49,840 nucleotides of DNA from a virus (taxonomy: Duplodnaviria > Caudoviricetes). The stretch is from positions 1 to 49,840 of IMG/VR virus record IMGVR_UViG_3300023283_000126. One strand, written 5' to 3'. The notes below the pieces were generated by a model that was given only the letters and a program-made list of their open reading frames with translations, did not search any database and was not told the DNA's origin. Each line of letters opens with the position of its first letter. The first letter of the stretch is position 1. Made by a program: the position numbers and the translations under genes. Below are positions 37,771 to 47,110 of this stretch, one piece after another.

Positions 37771-39168
37771 TTACGACGACCCCGCATTGGCGTCGTCTTC
37801 GACCCCCTGGCGTCCGGCCCCCCTCTCGTTGCCCTGTTGGGCAGGGGGCGGGGGCTTGTTGGCGCTCGCCGGCGGCGGGGGCGCCGGCGGCCTCACGACC
37901 TCGTCGGCCTCGTCCTCGGCGCGGAGCGGCAGGCCGATAACCGAGCGGGCGTAGTTGACGTCCTCTTGGTTCATGTCCAGGACGCCGGCCGAGTGCATCA
38001 GGCGGATCGCGTCTATAATCTCGTTCATTTCGAACTCACCGTAGTCGCCCCACGTGATCTCGGGGTACTCGGTGACGTCGAAGTTGAAGTCCACGAGGCG
38101 CTTCACAATCTGCTCGTGGGCCGCGTCGCGGATCTCGTCGGAGATCATGCCCGTGACCTTGAACAGCGTACGCAGGTGCAGCCGGCTCTGGCTGTCACTT
38201 CCGCGCTGTTGGTCCGAACTCATGCCGAGTAGGGCCGGCACCAGGATGCCGCGCGAGATTTCCCGGTCGTGGTACTCGAGGGCGTCGCGGTAGCCGGCCT
38301 GCCCGGCCCGCTGCGCCTCGATAAGCTCGACCTCGACGCCCTGCGGTATCAGCATCTCCGTCTTGGAACTGAGCCCCTGAAGGATCTTCTTGAGGGTGCT
38401 CTTAAGCTCCTCCGGTGCGCCCTGAGGATACTTCACCGCCATGATCGGCGCGCCCATGCGCTCGAGGAAGACGTTCCAGAACTGGATGATGAACTTCTTC
38501 GACCACCAGTTCTTGTAGACTGAGCGCAGGTCGCTCATGCCGTATGGCGAGCCGAACTCGGCGTTGTAGGCGTAGTGGAACATCTTTCTCGGCGGCAGGT
38601 CGATCAGCTCGCCCCGGTCGCCATACTGGCGGAAGCCCGTGACGTTGCCGTGCATGTCGGTCATCACGGTCATCGTCTTGGGGTCGCGGAACTTCATGCG
38701 GTCGAGCAGCACGGCCGGCTGGCCTTGGTAGGCGCCGAGCTTCCAGACCAATTCGGCGGCCGAGAAGCCGAACTCGAAGGCCGACGCAGCCTCCTTGACG
38801 ATCTGGTTGAAGCGAGCCCGCTTCAGCGCGAACTGCACGAACTCGGCGACCTCCTTGTCCTTCGGGTCGTCGCTGGCAGGGGTGACGTCGAAGGCGCGGC
38901 CGGCCACCAGGGTCTTCTTGAAGCTGAGGGCGGCCTTCACCTGCGCGTCGTGGCGCATATCCTTGTACGTATTCCACCCGTGCCGCCGGATGATCTCGTC
39001 CATGTTGGCAAATTCGAGCAGGCCCGTGTTGGGCTTGAAGGCCGGCATGAAGTGCTGGCCGCCCGTGACGACGAGATGCTCTTGCTCGGCGGTGGAGGGC
39101 CGGCCGACCCTGCTCGAGCCGGCCGGAACCCTCACGCGCCTCTTGGAGAAGTCCGGCTGAGGCGCCAT
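37771..39168 (-). CDS. Portal protein, DUF935/Mu gp29-like
   Basis: FGFSAAELVW, PYGMSDLR, FLERMGAP, DREISRGIL. Confidence 0.9.
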   Translation of the reverse strand: MAPQPDFSKRRVRVPAGSSRVGRPSTAEQEHLVVTGGQHFMPAFKPNTGLLEFANMDEIIRRHGWNTYKDMRHDAQVKAALSFKKTLVAGRAFDVTPASDDPKDKEVAEFVQFALKRARFNQIVKEAASAFEFGFSAAELVWKLGAYQGQPAVLLDRMKFRDPKTMTVMTDMHGNVTGFRQYGDRGELIDLPPRKMFHYAYNAEFGSPYGMSDLRSVYKNWWSKKFIIQFWNVFLERMGAPIMAVKYPQGAPEELKSTLKKILQGLSSKTEMLIPQGVEVELIEAQRAGQAGYRDALEYHDREISRGILVPALLGMSSDQQRGSDSQSRLHLRTLFKVTGMISDEIRDAAHEQIVKRLVDFNFDVTEYPEITWGDYGEFEMNEIIDAIRLMHSAGVLDMNQEDVNYARSVIGLPLRAEDEADEVVRPPAPPPPASANKPPPPAQQGNERGAGRQGVEDDANAGSS

Positions 39169-39178
39169 CTCCTGGTCC

Positions 39179-39313
39179 CTACTCGTCCAGCTCGAGTTGG
39201 GCCTCGGAGGCGACCTCGTCGAGGTAGAACGCGGCGTTCTCGAGCACGCCCGCGACGTAGAAGAACGCGGTCGCGATGTGCGGAAGCACTCTGGCTTTGA
39301 CGGTGTTCACCAT
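39179..39313 (-). CDS. 44-aa hypothetical peptide
   Basis: MVNTVKARVLPHIATAFFYVAG... fills the gap between terL and portal; not in the ORF track. Confidence 0.45.
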   Translation of the reverse strand: MVNTVKARVLPHIATAFFYVAGVLENAAFYLDEVASEAQLELDE

Positions 39314-40824
39314 AAATCTCCCATTTCGTGGCGGCTTTCAGCGGTGGGGCGAACCTCGCCCTCTAGCACGTCACCGTCCAATATAGACGGGATCGCGGCG
39401 TTAGTAAAGCTGTGCCATGGGGCGAGGCCCATGATGATGGTGTCGGCGAGGTCAGGCGAGGCGTTGCTGCCCAGGCGCCGCTTCACTTCGTCCTTGATCT
39501 CGACCTGGATCTTCTCGATCTTGTTGTAGCCGTACCGGAGACATGCCAACTCCCCGACAAGCTCCTCGCACATCGGAATATGGACCCTGCCGGCCTCGAA
39601 CAGCCGCCGCGCGTGCCAGTAGTCGCGCGAACGGCGGTGTTGGAACATGCGGCAATCCTCCTCGGGGTCCACCGACCGCTTCATCGTCTGGCCGCCGTTG
39701 TAGGCGACCACGTTGACGCCCCGGCGCCGCAGGTTGTCGATCAGGAAGCCGCCCACGCCCGGCTCGTCGATGATGATGTGGCTGAATACCTCTCCTCGCC
39801 CCTTAAGCTCGCGGATGGCGTCGATCACGATGTCCTCGGCCTGCGTGCCGCTGGTCTTGGCCCACCACTTGAGGTCTAGGCAGTGCCCGCGCCGGAAGTA
39901 GCCGAGGGTGGTCTTGTCGCCGCCTCCGCGCGCGACGTCCATGACCAAGATCCACGGATCGTTCACAGTGTCGAAATCGGGCAGGGGCACATACTGCGCC
40001 CGCTCGGCGTACTGCATGGGGATCACGGCCCAGTCGTCCAGCTTGGGGAAGAGGCCGCGCACGCGGACGTCGTAGACCGCGCCGCCGCTGCCGTACTTCT
40101 GCTTGACGATGTCGCGGTATCGGGACGTGACGCGCTTGGAGACGTACGTCCGGCCGCAGTGTTTCGTGAACTGGGTCTCGGCGTCGCCGCTGATCGTCAC
40201 CCTATGGTACAGCTCGGCGTTCTTATGGAATGCGTCGAAGAACTCGCCCGACGTGAAGTTGGGGTTCCCGGCCATGAAGAGCAGGGCTTCTTCGCCTTGA
40301 AGATCCGCGTTGGACAGCGCGCCCTCGATGACCTCGAAGACGGCCTGCGGCACCACGGACGCTTCGTCGACCTGGATCAGGATGTGCTTGCCGTGGAAGC
40401 CCTGCATGTTCTCGGGCCGGCTCGACGTGCGCGCCGTCGCGAACCAGGACTTGGGCGCAGCCTTGTTGCGGATATGCCCCTCGGAGATGTCCCATTGGCT
40501 CCTGAAGAACTCGGGCATCTGGGTATGCCACTTGGCATATTCCGGCCATAGCACGTCCTTAAGCTGCGGGAAAGTCGGCGCCGTGGCCGCCACGCGGGCA
40601 TTGAGCCGGGTCGTCAGAAAACACCAGCCCATCCAGGCGTGGACGCACGTCTTTCCGACGCCGTGAGCAGACTTCGCCGCGCCCCGGTCAGGGTAGTCGG
40701 GGCGGAGAAGCTGAAGAATGTCGCCCTGGTAGTCCTCTGGCGTCGTGCCGAACACGTCTTTGACGAACTCGACCGGGTTCCACTTCCAGAACTCGAGGGC
40801 GCGCTCTAGCTGGTCGTTATTCAT
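39307..40824 (-). CDS. terL: Terminase large subunit
   Basis: SAHGVGKT, VDEAS, GNPN, MDVARGGGDKT, SPDLAD. Confidence 0.95.
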   Translation of the reverse strand: MNNDQLERALEFWKWNPVEFVKDVFGTTPEDYQGDILQLLRPDYPDRGAAKSAHGVGKTCVHAWMGWCFLTTRLNARVAATAPTFPQLKDVLWPEYAKWHTQMPEFFRSQWDISEGHIRNKAAPKSWFATARTSSRPENMQGFHGKHILIQVDEASVVPQAVFEVIEGALSNADLQGEEALLFMAGNPNFTSGEFFDAFHKNAELYHRVTISGDAETQFTKHCGRTYVSKRVTSRYRDIVKQKYGSGGAVYDVRVRGLFPKLDDWAVIPMQYAERAQYVPLPDFDTVNDPWILVMDVARGGGDKTTLGYFRRGHCLDLKWWAKTSGTQAEDIVIDAIRELKGRGEVFSHIIIDEPGVGGFLIDNLRRRGVNVVAYNGGQTMKRSVDPEEDCRMFQHRRSRDYWHARRLFEAGRVHIPMCEELVGELACLRYGYNKIEKIQVEIKDEVKRRLGSNASPDLADTIIMGLAPWHSFTNAAIPSILDGDVLEGEVRPTAESRHEMGDLW

Positions 40825-41302
40825 CGGCCCCCTCGTCGGCCGCCCCGGCCTCGACAGCCTCGCCCTGCGCCTCGTAAGCGCCGTCGATGGGCTCGGTCGA
40901 GCCGCTGCCGCGCCTGTTGATCAGCGCCGCGAACGAGAAGTCCTCGCCGCTGCCGCCGTCGCCGCCGCCGTTGGCCATCTTCTCGATGACCGCGTGGACC
41001 GTGGTCGTGGGCATGATCTTGTCGCCAAGGTCCTTGGCCAGGGTAAGCTGCTGCGAGACGGTGAGGGGCTGGTATTCGTACTCGATCACGCCCTCTTCGG
41101 TATACCTCTTGATGTTCATGCGCGGGAGGTAGCCCGTCTTGGCCGCGAAGCAGCGCAGGAAGAGCGGGTCCGCGTTGTCCTGGATGTAGAGCATCTGGTC
41201 GCGAACCGACGCCGGCTCGCCAGGGGCGACGCCCTTGTTCTTGTAGTGGACCACCATCTTGTCTCGATTTGCCGGCTTCGCTGGCCTTCCCGGACCACGC
41301 AT
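40817..41302 (-). CDS. Putative terminase small subunit
   Basis: Directly upstream of and overlapping terL; N-terminal GPGRP; strong RBS. Confidence 0.55.
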   Translation of the reverse strand: MRGPGRPAKPANRDKMVVHYKNKGVAPGEPASVRDQMLYIQDNADPLFLRCFAAKTGYLPRMNIKRYTEEGVIEYEYQPLTVSQQLTLAKDLGDKIMPTTTVHAVIEKMANGGGDGGSGEDFSFAALINRRGSGSTEPIDGAYEAQGEAVEAGAADEGADE

Positions 41303-41393
41303 ACTCGCCCCTCCTCTGGTGATAGAGGGGCGAGCATACCATGGTCCGGGAAGCTCGTCCAGCGACGCGGTTCTCAGGCTTGGCGAGCCCGGC

Positions 41394-42302
41394 TCACCAC
41401 GACGACTTGATCTCGGTGAAGCTGACCTTGCCCGCGTCGGACGAGCCCTTTGTCAGCGTGTGCGGCCGGCCGCACAGGTCGAGGGATGCAGGGGAGGTCG
41501 AGCCATCCTCCTCGAGCACGACCTCGCGCCAGTCGCCATACTCGCCCTGCGGGTGCGCGCGCGGGTTCGGCGCCGGCCGCTCGAACCGGACCATCCGGCC
41601 GGTCCTGCGCTCCTCGAGGACGCGGTCGAGCGCGGCCAGGGGCAGGCGGAGGTAGAACGCCGGGGCGTCGCCACTGGGGTCGCGCATGACCATGACAGCC
41701 TCGGTCGAGAAGCGGTCGACCCAGCCGTCGATGGACGTGTACTCGTAGGTGCGGGTCTCGGGCTCCTCGTCCTTGATCTTGCCGGTCATGTCGCCGGCGT
41801 TCCGCAGGTACTCGAGCAGGGCGAGGGCGTGGGCAGCGACGAGGCGCAGCTTGACCGAGGCGTAGAAGGGGTTCTCGCGCGGGTTTCCGTGGTCGACCTC
41901 GACCCTGAAGCCACGGATGCTCTCGCCGAGCCGAGCGACGCCGTCGGCGAGGTCGACAATAGGCCCCTTGCCGCTGGCCGTGCCCACCAAGCCGTAGGCG
42001 ATCTGGGTCGTGGACCGAATGTGGGAGTAGTCCGCGTCGCCGCTCAGGCCCAGAACCTCGGTGAGGCCTCGGATCGGCTCCACGCACAGGCGCATCACCC
42101 TGTTGACCACGAAGCTCTTCTGCGGCGCCTTGGCGAAGGCCTCGTTCTCGAGCATGAAGAGGTTGTGCGAGAGGGCCCCGGCCAGCTCATCGAAGCTCTC
42201 ACGCGGGCCCTCCTCCCGCAGAAGGTCGGTGGCGAACCGCTCCACTTCGTGGGCGGCGCTGTCAAGCCTGCGCTGAAGATCGTCGTTCATCTGTTTGGTC
42301 AT
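41394..42302 (-). CDS. Hypothetical protein
   Basis: Start at MTKQ with GGAGG RBS; frame is open upstream to 42422. Confidence 0.6.
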   Translation of the reverse strand: MTKQMNDDLQRRLDSAAHEVERFATDLLREEGPRESFDELAGALSHNLFMLENEAFAKAPQKSFVVNRVMRLCVEPIRGLTEVLGLSGDADYSHIRSTTQIAYGLVGTASGKGPIVDLADGVARLGESIRGFRVEVDHGNPRENPFYASVKLRLVAAHALALLEYLRNAGDMTGKIKDEEPETRTYEYTSIDGWVDRFSTEAVMVMRDPSGDAPAFYLRLPLAALDRVLEERRTGRMVRFERPAPNPRAHPQGEYGDWREVVLEEDGSTSPASLDLCGRPHTLTKGSSDAGKVSFTEIKSSW

Positions 42303-42537
42303 TCTGTTCCTCCGGCGATAGAGATGATGGTCAGTAGCACCCATCAGGCCAAGCTCTTGCGGGAACCACAGCGGCAGGGTCAGTAGGGCCGCCGAAACCG
42401 CGATCCTCGCGAGCGTGGCCACGGACTAGGGCACGACGTACAGGGCGATGTAGATCGCCACGGCCGCGGACCCGGTCCAGTTGACGATCCTCTCGGCGAT
42501 GGTCATCGGGGCGTCTCCCGTTGTTGGTTTCGAGCCC

Positions 42538-42566
42538 CTCGTAGCGGGGCGCGGGGTGCGTGTCAA
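42538..42566 (-). promoter_or_regulatory. Sigma70-type promoter
   Basis: TTGACA-17bp-TACGAG. Confidence 0.45.
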
Positions 42567-42619
42567 GGGTTTTCGGGCCGGCTGACGCGGTTTCCAGGCA
42601 TGGCCGGCCCGAGCACCGG

Positions 42620-42895
42620 TTAGAGAACGAAGCGGTCGACGGTGTGCCCCTGCTCGTTCATGACGTAGGCGATCCGGGTGATGGGTGCGTCGGCGGGGCC
42701 GTTATCGCCAGGGGAGAAGTGCGCCGCGTTCGTGTCCTTCGAGTTGAAGTGCAGGGTCAGGCCGTGCTCGGTCGAGAAGGTGACGCGGTCGCAGCCATAC
42801 AGGGTCTCGTTGGTGATGCGGTATCTGACCGCGTCGGAGCCCTTTTCCTCATGAGCCCGCTCGCGCTCGACCATCTTGACGGTGAAGTTTGCCAT
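42620..42895 (-). CDS. Hypothetical protein (91 aa)
   Basis: MANFTVK start with GGAG RBS; promoter upstream. Confidence 0.6.
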   Translation of the reverse strand: MANFTVKMVERERAHEEKGSDAVRYRITNETLYGCDRVTFSTEHGLTLHFNSKDTNAAHFSPGDNGPADAPITRIAYVMNEQGHTVDRFVL

Positions 42896-42931
42896 GGGTT
42901 CGTACTCCGTGCTGTTTACGTCCGTCCGGCC

Positions 42932-42960
42932 TCTATGGGGCCCGCCGCCTGGACTGTCAA
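42932..42960 (-). promoter_or_regulatory. Sigma70-type promoter
   Basis: TTGACA-17bp-CATAGA. Confidence 0.45.
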
Positions 42961-43196
42961 GGCCGAAATACTCGGGATGCGCGGGATGGGGCCCGTTCTG
43001 AGAGAGATAGATAGAGAAACCAGGGACATGGGACCCGTTCCTGGTGTGATATATGAGGAAACAGGGGTATGGGACCCGGATTGTGGGTTTTTGGGTGCGG
43101 AAACTCGCGTTTCGGGGGCATTTAGCCGAAGCCCAACTCCTCAACCCACGATTAAGTCACCGGCACCCCTACTCAACCCATGGTTCCGCAACCCGG

Positions 43197-43273
43197 TTGG
43201 CACGGATCTTGCCTCCTCAAATATCATGCCAAGTGACTTGGCACGGATCTTGCCTTATCAAAGACCATGCCAA
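43197..43273. promoter_or_regulatory. Tandem sigma-54 (-24/-12)-type sites
   Basis: TGGCAC-GGATC-TTGC twice, 41 bp apart, each overlapped by an opposite-strand TGGCAT-N5-TTGA. Confidence 0.65.
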
Positions 43274-43293
43274 GCAACCCAAGACGCAAGATG

Positions 43294-43430
43294 CGGGTCG
43301 CGGGTGCCGGGTCGCGGGTGCCGGGTGCCATGGGCAGGGTGGCAGGGTGACGGTTGCAGGGGTGCCGGCGGCGGGTGCCGGGGCGCGCGTGGCGTGTAGA
43401 GTGTGGGGCGGCGGCGGGTTGAGGGGTGCG
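43294..43430 (+). repeat. G-rich heptamer tandem repeat
   Basis: CGGGTCG/CGGGTGC x5, then degenerate GGG units. Confidence 0.75.
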
Positions 43431-43641
43431 CGTTGTGGTTGAATGGGTGAGGGGTCCGGGTCGCGCGTGGCGTGCTGTTATACTATAACGTCTCGGTTGC
43501 AGGGTGCCGGCACTCGGGATGCCGGGGCGGCCCTCAATAGAGGCTTGTCAGTAACAAGCCCGAACTGCTAATGTAATCCCCCCTGAAAAGCCAGGTACAT
43601 GTATGGTATTTTATTTGTATACGACTAGAATAAAATCTAGC

Positions 43642-43708
43642 GCGTTTTTGGGGGAGGGACTGCTTGGCTAGTCCCCCCTTAAAATTTCCCGCGCGTGTAT
43701 GCGCGCGT
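43642..43708. repeat. Duplicated hairpin element, copy B
   Basis: Near-identical to 15789-15855. Confidence 0.9.
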
Positions 43709-43758
43709 AACACAACGTGTGCCCTCCCTGCAACCAAAACCCGCATACCGAAGTGCGC

Positions 43759-44121
43759 CTAGCTCGCCTCAGAACCTTCCTCGCCCTCCCCGCGCGCGGC
43801 CGCCTCCGCCCATGCAAGCCGGAAGCGCAACCCGCGCACTTCGCCTTGCAGCCGGCGCCGCTCGCCTGCCCCTGCTAGGTTGCAGGCGTTCATAGCCTCG
43901 ATACGCGCTTCAAGCGTTCTCACATGCCGCTCCGCGTCTTCGGCCTTCCGGTGGGCTTCAAGGCCGTCCTGCGCCGATTGCGCGAGGGCTTCTAGCAGGC
44001 GCTCAACCTCTCGGTCGCGCTTATCCAGGTCGGCCCGCAGGCGCTCAATCTCGCGGTCGCGCCGCGCAACCCGCGCCTCGCAAAGCGCCACCTTGGCGCG
44101 CCATTGCGTCTCGCTTGTCAT
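43759..44121 (-). CDS. Coiled-coil hypothetical protein
   Basis: Repeated RDRE(I/V)ERL heptads; GAGG RBS. Confidence 0.6.
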   Translation of the reverse strand: MTSETQWRAKVALCEARVARRDREIERLRADLDKRDREVERLLEALAQSAQDGLEAHRKAEDAERHVRTLEARIEAMNACNLAGAGERRRLQGEVRGLRFRLAWAEAAARGEGEEGSEAS

Positions 44122-44367
44122 GTCGTACCTCGCTTTCGATCTGGATATGGCCACATTCGGCCGGAGAAGCCCACAGAGCAACGATCGACGGTCTAGGCTA
44201 GTGTCATGCCCGGATCGCCCTATCGCCGCTCTACGGGGCTTGCAGGCGCTTCTAGGAGGACGTCAGCCAATACGTCCAAAGCGTATCGAGCGGCAGGAAC
44301 CGCACGCCATGCGGCCGGCCGCCCGTCACCCTGCCGCGTCATGGTCGATGGTGGTCATGGCAGCTCC

Positions 44368-45090
44368 TCACAAGTCACGGATGACAAAGCCCGAACGATC
44401 CTTGATGGCGTCGCCTTTGGCGCGCAAGGCAAGCCAAGACGGGGCGGGGCGCAGGAAGGTGACATCATGTTCGTCACCGTCGACAACTGGAAACCCCTGC
44501 CATTCGCCCCGCTCGAGCACTTCGCGATAGCACTCGGGGGAGAAGACGGCCGCAACCCGGAACCCGCCACGCAAGACGCGCAACGCGTGCTCGCGGTTGC
44601 TTTCGTGCAGGCTGAAAGTCAAGTCATAGTTGCGCGGCAGGTGGTCGGCCGTCGACTTGATCGGATCACGCTTCGTGTAGTCGTAAAAGCGTATCCAGAA
44701 GAAAAAGTCGATGATCGACTTCGCGCCACGGTATGGCACCTTGTGCCATGGAATGTCGGACGTGCCGTTGAGGCGGATCGACGGCAGCTTGCCAAGGCGC
44801 TTGGCCTTGCGCTCAATGGCCCGAATGTCGTCGGCAAGGGCGTCAAGAAATCCCTCCCTGTCCTCAAAGTAACGCCGCGTCTTCGCGACGCGCGACCTTT
44901 GGACGCTGGTCATGCGGCCGCGTCCTGCCGTATTGAGGCAAGATGACGTACAGCCTGCCGACCGCAGAGGGCAGACCTCGAAGCCCGAAAGCTTGGCAGG
45001 GGCGAGGTACAGAACCCCCGTGACATAGTTGGTTTTGACGGCTGTCTTGTCGACCTTGGCCGACGATTTGGCGATCAAGCGGGTGGTCAT
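44368..45090 (-). CDS. GP88-like phage protein (Cys-rich, radical-SAM-like)
   Basis: CPLRSAGCTSSCLNTAGRG, RLNGTSD, FYDYTK, NYDLTFS, DGDEHD, LRAKG. Confidence 0.7.
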   Translation of the reverse strand: MTTRLIAKSSAKVDKTAVKTNYVTGVLYLAPAKLSGFEVCPLRSAGCTSSCLNTAGRGRMTSVQRSRVAKTRRYFEDREGFLDALADDIRAIERKAKRLGKLPSIRLNGTSDIPWHKVPYRGAKSIIDFFFWIRFYDYTKRDPIKSTADHLPRNYDLTFSLHESNREHALRVLRGGFRVAAVFSPECYREVLERGEWQGFPVVDGDEHDVTFLRPAPSWLALRAKGDAIKDRSGFVIRDL

Positions 45091-45338
45091 TGACCCTGTT
45101 CCCTTGTGTCAAGATAAGTCGAAAGCTTGTCGACATGATGGTGCCCGCCTTCCGCGACCACAACGTCTAGGTCACGTGACGAAAGGTGGCTGAAGGCGGC
45201 GAAGTCTTGCGCGAGTTGGACGGCTCGCCTATGGGCGATCATGTGGGTATTGTGTGACGCCACATAGTAGACCTCGCCATTCTGGCGACACTTGACAAGC
45301 ACATGAAAAGGCTTGCCAGACAATTGCCTTGTCAGCAT
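45087..45338 (-). CDS. Small hypothetical protein
   Basis: MLTRQLSG start; stop coupled to the next gene. Confidence 0.5.
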   Translation of the reverse strand: MLTRQLSGKPFHVLVKCRQNGEVYYVASHNTHMIAHRRAVQLAQDFAAFSHLSSRDLDVVVAEGGHHHVDKLSTYLDTREQGQ

Positions 45339-45481
45339 TGAACTTCCCTCTTCCTCTTGGCGCGGTCCTTGCGGACCTTGTCGCGCGACTTGTCCTTGCG
45401 CTTGTCGTCGCGCGGCTTGTCGTCGCGCGGCTTGGACTTGCCACGCGACTTGATAGGCTCGAAAGAATTGTTGCTCGTCAT
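45332..45481 (-). CDS. 49-aa highly basic peptide
   Basis: MTSNNSFEPIKSRGKSKPRDDKPRDDKRKDKSRDKVRKDRAKRKREVQC; fills the gap; not in the track. Confidence 0.5.
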   Translation of the reverse strand: MTSNNSFEPIKSRGKSKPRDDKPRDDKRKDKSRDKVRKDRAKRKREVQC

Positions 45482-45484
45482 GGT

Positions 45485-45811
45485 CTAATCCACCTTGATG
45501 ACTTCGCCGCGGATGACAAGCGACTTGACGCGTCGCAAGTCGACGGAACGATATCCCCCGTCGCAGACGGACCAAAGATTGATCAGGTGCGGGTGGCGCT
45601 CGCGACGCGTCGCGACAGCCTTGCGCGCGCTGGCGCTCGCGGCATCCCCGGCGGCGCGGCTGGCAGTCGTCGGCAGGTGGCAGACAAGGCGGCGAGGGGT
45701 GCCGTCTTTCTTGACGAAAGTGAGGCTGAAGAACTCGCCGCCGGCGATCTTGATCAGGTGGCGGAGAAGGGCGACACGATTGGACGGAGAAGGCGAAAGG
45801 TAAGTCGTCAT
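45485..45811 (-). CDS. SH3-barrel/WYL-like (DUF2693-type) small protein
   Basis: FSLTFVKKDGTPRRL...W.....GYRSV pattern. Confidence 0.65.
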   Translation of the reverse strand: MTTYLSPSPSNRVALLRHLIKIAGGEFFSLTFVKKDGTPRRLVCHLPTTASRAAGDAASASARKAVATRRERHPHLINLWSVCDGGYRSVDLRRVKSLVIRGEVIKVD

Positions 45812-45821
45812 AGCGTTCTCC

Positions 45822-46385
45822 CTAGTAGAGCGGATCAAGGCTCGATTTGCGACGCGCGAAGACGCGATCGCGCGCGGCGTCGATGGCTTCGATGGCTTCG
45901 GCGGCGGGGCGATCACCCTGCCACGCGGTCCCCGCAAAGCCCTCGCCCGAAAGGACGTTGGCAATCTCGTCCTCAGAGATAGCAGGAAGCCGACGCGGCT
46001 CGCGGGGATAGTTGGCGATCAATATTCCGTCCGGCAGCATTGCGCGGCCGACTTCGCGCAAGGCGGCGAGGATATCGCCGCGACTTTCCTGCACGTTGAG
46101 AACATTGGACATGATCACCATATCATATCGCTCGATTGGCAGCGCGTTCAGGTGCAAACCCGGAACGCGATTGGCCGGCAAGTCGTACGCGTCGACCCGC
46201 CACCCGTTCGCCTGAAGGCGCCGCGTCGTGGTCGCGTCGCGGCCCGCGCCGAAGTCCAGGACGTTCCATGTGGCCATGCCCTGCAATAGCAGGAAATGCT
46301 TGGCCCATTTCTCGCAGACGGGGCGCCGAATACTCAGAAAACCGGCACCTGTGCCAGTCTTCGCGCGATTGTCTGTCATGGTCAC
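45822..46385 (-). CDS. Class I SAM-dependent methyltransferase
   Basis: VLDFGAGR, AYD, YDMVIMSNVLNV. Confidence 0.8.
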   Translation of the reverse strand: MTMTDNRAKTGTGAGFLSIRRPVCEKWAKHFLLLQGMATWNVLDFGAGRDATTTRRLQANGWRVDAYDLPANRVPGLHLNALPIERYDMVIMSNVLNVQESRGDILAALREVGRAMLPDGILIANYPREPRRLPAISEDEIANVLSGEGFAGTAWQGDRPAAEAIEAIDAARDRVFARRKSSLDPLY

Positions 46386-46392
46386 TTCATCC

Positions 46393-46698
46393 TCACTTGC
46401 TGTGATCAGGGGTTATCCAAGCGTGCAAGTACGGGTTGCTATCGCCAAGATAATCGAGGTTCCAGGAACGCCGCGACTTGACCCACTCGGTTGCCACCTT
46501 GAAGTCTTCGAAGGTGACTTCCGTCCAAGAGTAGTCGCCGAAGACGACTGTTAGTCGACCTTTGGGCGAGCGCCAGAAGCCGCTGACAGTCGCCCAATCG
46601 ACGCCATGGGCGCGCGCGTGTTCGAGAACGCCGCGAAGGTTCTGCGACGTTCTGACGACCTTGCCATCGCGATCAAAGATTTGAACGTTCTTTTTCAT
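46393..46698 (-). CDS. Hypothetical protein
   Basis: 101-aa ORF in the early operon with AAGGTG RBS. Confidence 0.6.
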   Translation of the reverse strand: MKKNVQIFDRDGKVVRTSQNLRGVLEHARAHGVDWATVSGFWRSPKGRLTVVFGDYSWTEVTFEDFKVATEWVKSRRSWNLDYLGDSNPYLHAWITPDHSK

Positions 46699-46707
46699 GG
46701 CGTCACC

Positions 46708-46788
46708 TTAGAGCGCGAAGTTGAGGACGGCCGAGATTGCCAAAGCCCATGACGCTAGGCCGAAGGCCGCAAGTAAAACAGATTGCAT
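46708..46788 (-). CDS. 26-aa single-TM peptide
   Basis: MQSVLLAAFGLASWALAISAVLNFAL with AAGGA RBS; fills the gap. Confidence 0.45.
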   Translation of the reverse strand: MQSVLLAAFGLASWALAISAVLNFAL

Positions 46789-46799
46789 CGTCTTTCCTT

Positions 46800-47045
46800 T
46801 CACTCGCCGAGGGCGCGCCGAAGGCAACGAACGGCCGTAGGATAGCTAGGCGCAATGTCCCAGTCGATGGCAGGTGTTGAGCCGTCAATCCAACGGCCGC
46901 CCGGCACCTGCACGGCACACGCGACAGGCGAGCCGTTCCGGCCAAGGCGCACCCGGTACTCGCCGAGACCGTTGTCCCAGATATCGACTTCAAGGCCACG
47001 CTCGCGGGCGAAGCGCATGATTGAAAAGCGGGTGGCAGACCACAT
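46800..47045 (-). CDS. Hypothetical protein
   Basis: MWSATR start with AGGAG RBS. Confidence 0.5.
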   Translation of the reverse strand: MWSATRFSIMRFARERGLEVDIWDNGLGEYRVRLGRNGSPVACAVQVPGGRWIDGSTPAIDWDIAPSYPTAVRCLRRALGE

Positions 47046-47110
47046 GGTCTTACTCCTAGTTGGTAGGGTGGCGCGCCCCTGCCGTAGCAGGGGCGGCGGG
47101 TGGCAGTCTC

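Noticed and set aside
30979-39168. Mu-like transposable prophage
   Set aside because: No transposase A/B, Mor/C or repressor, and no host flanks; the phage encodes its own replisome
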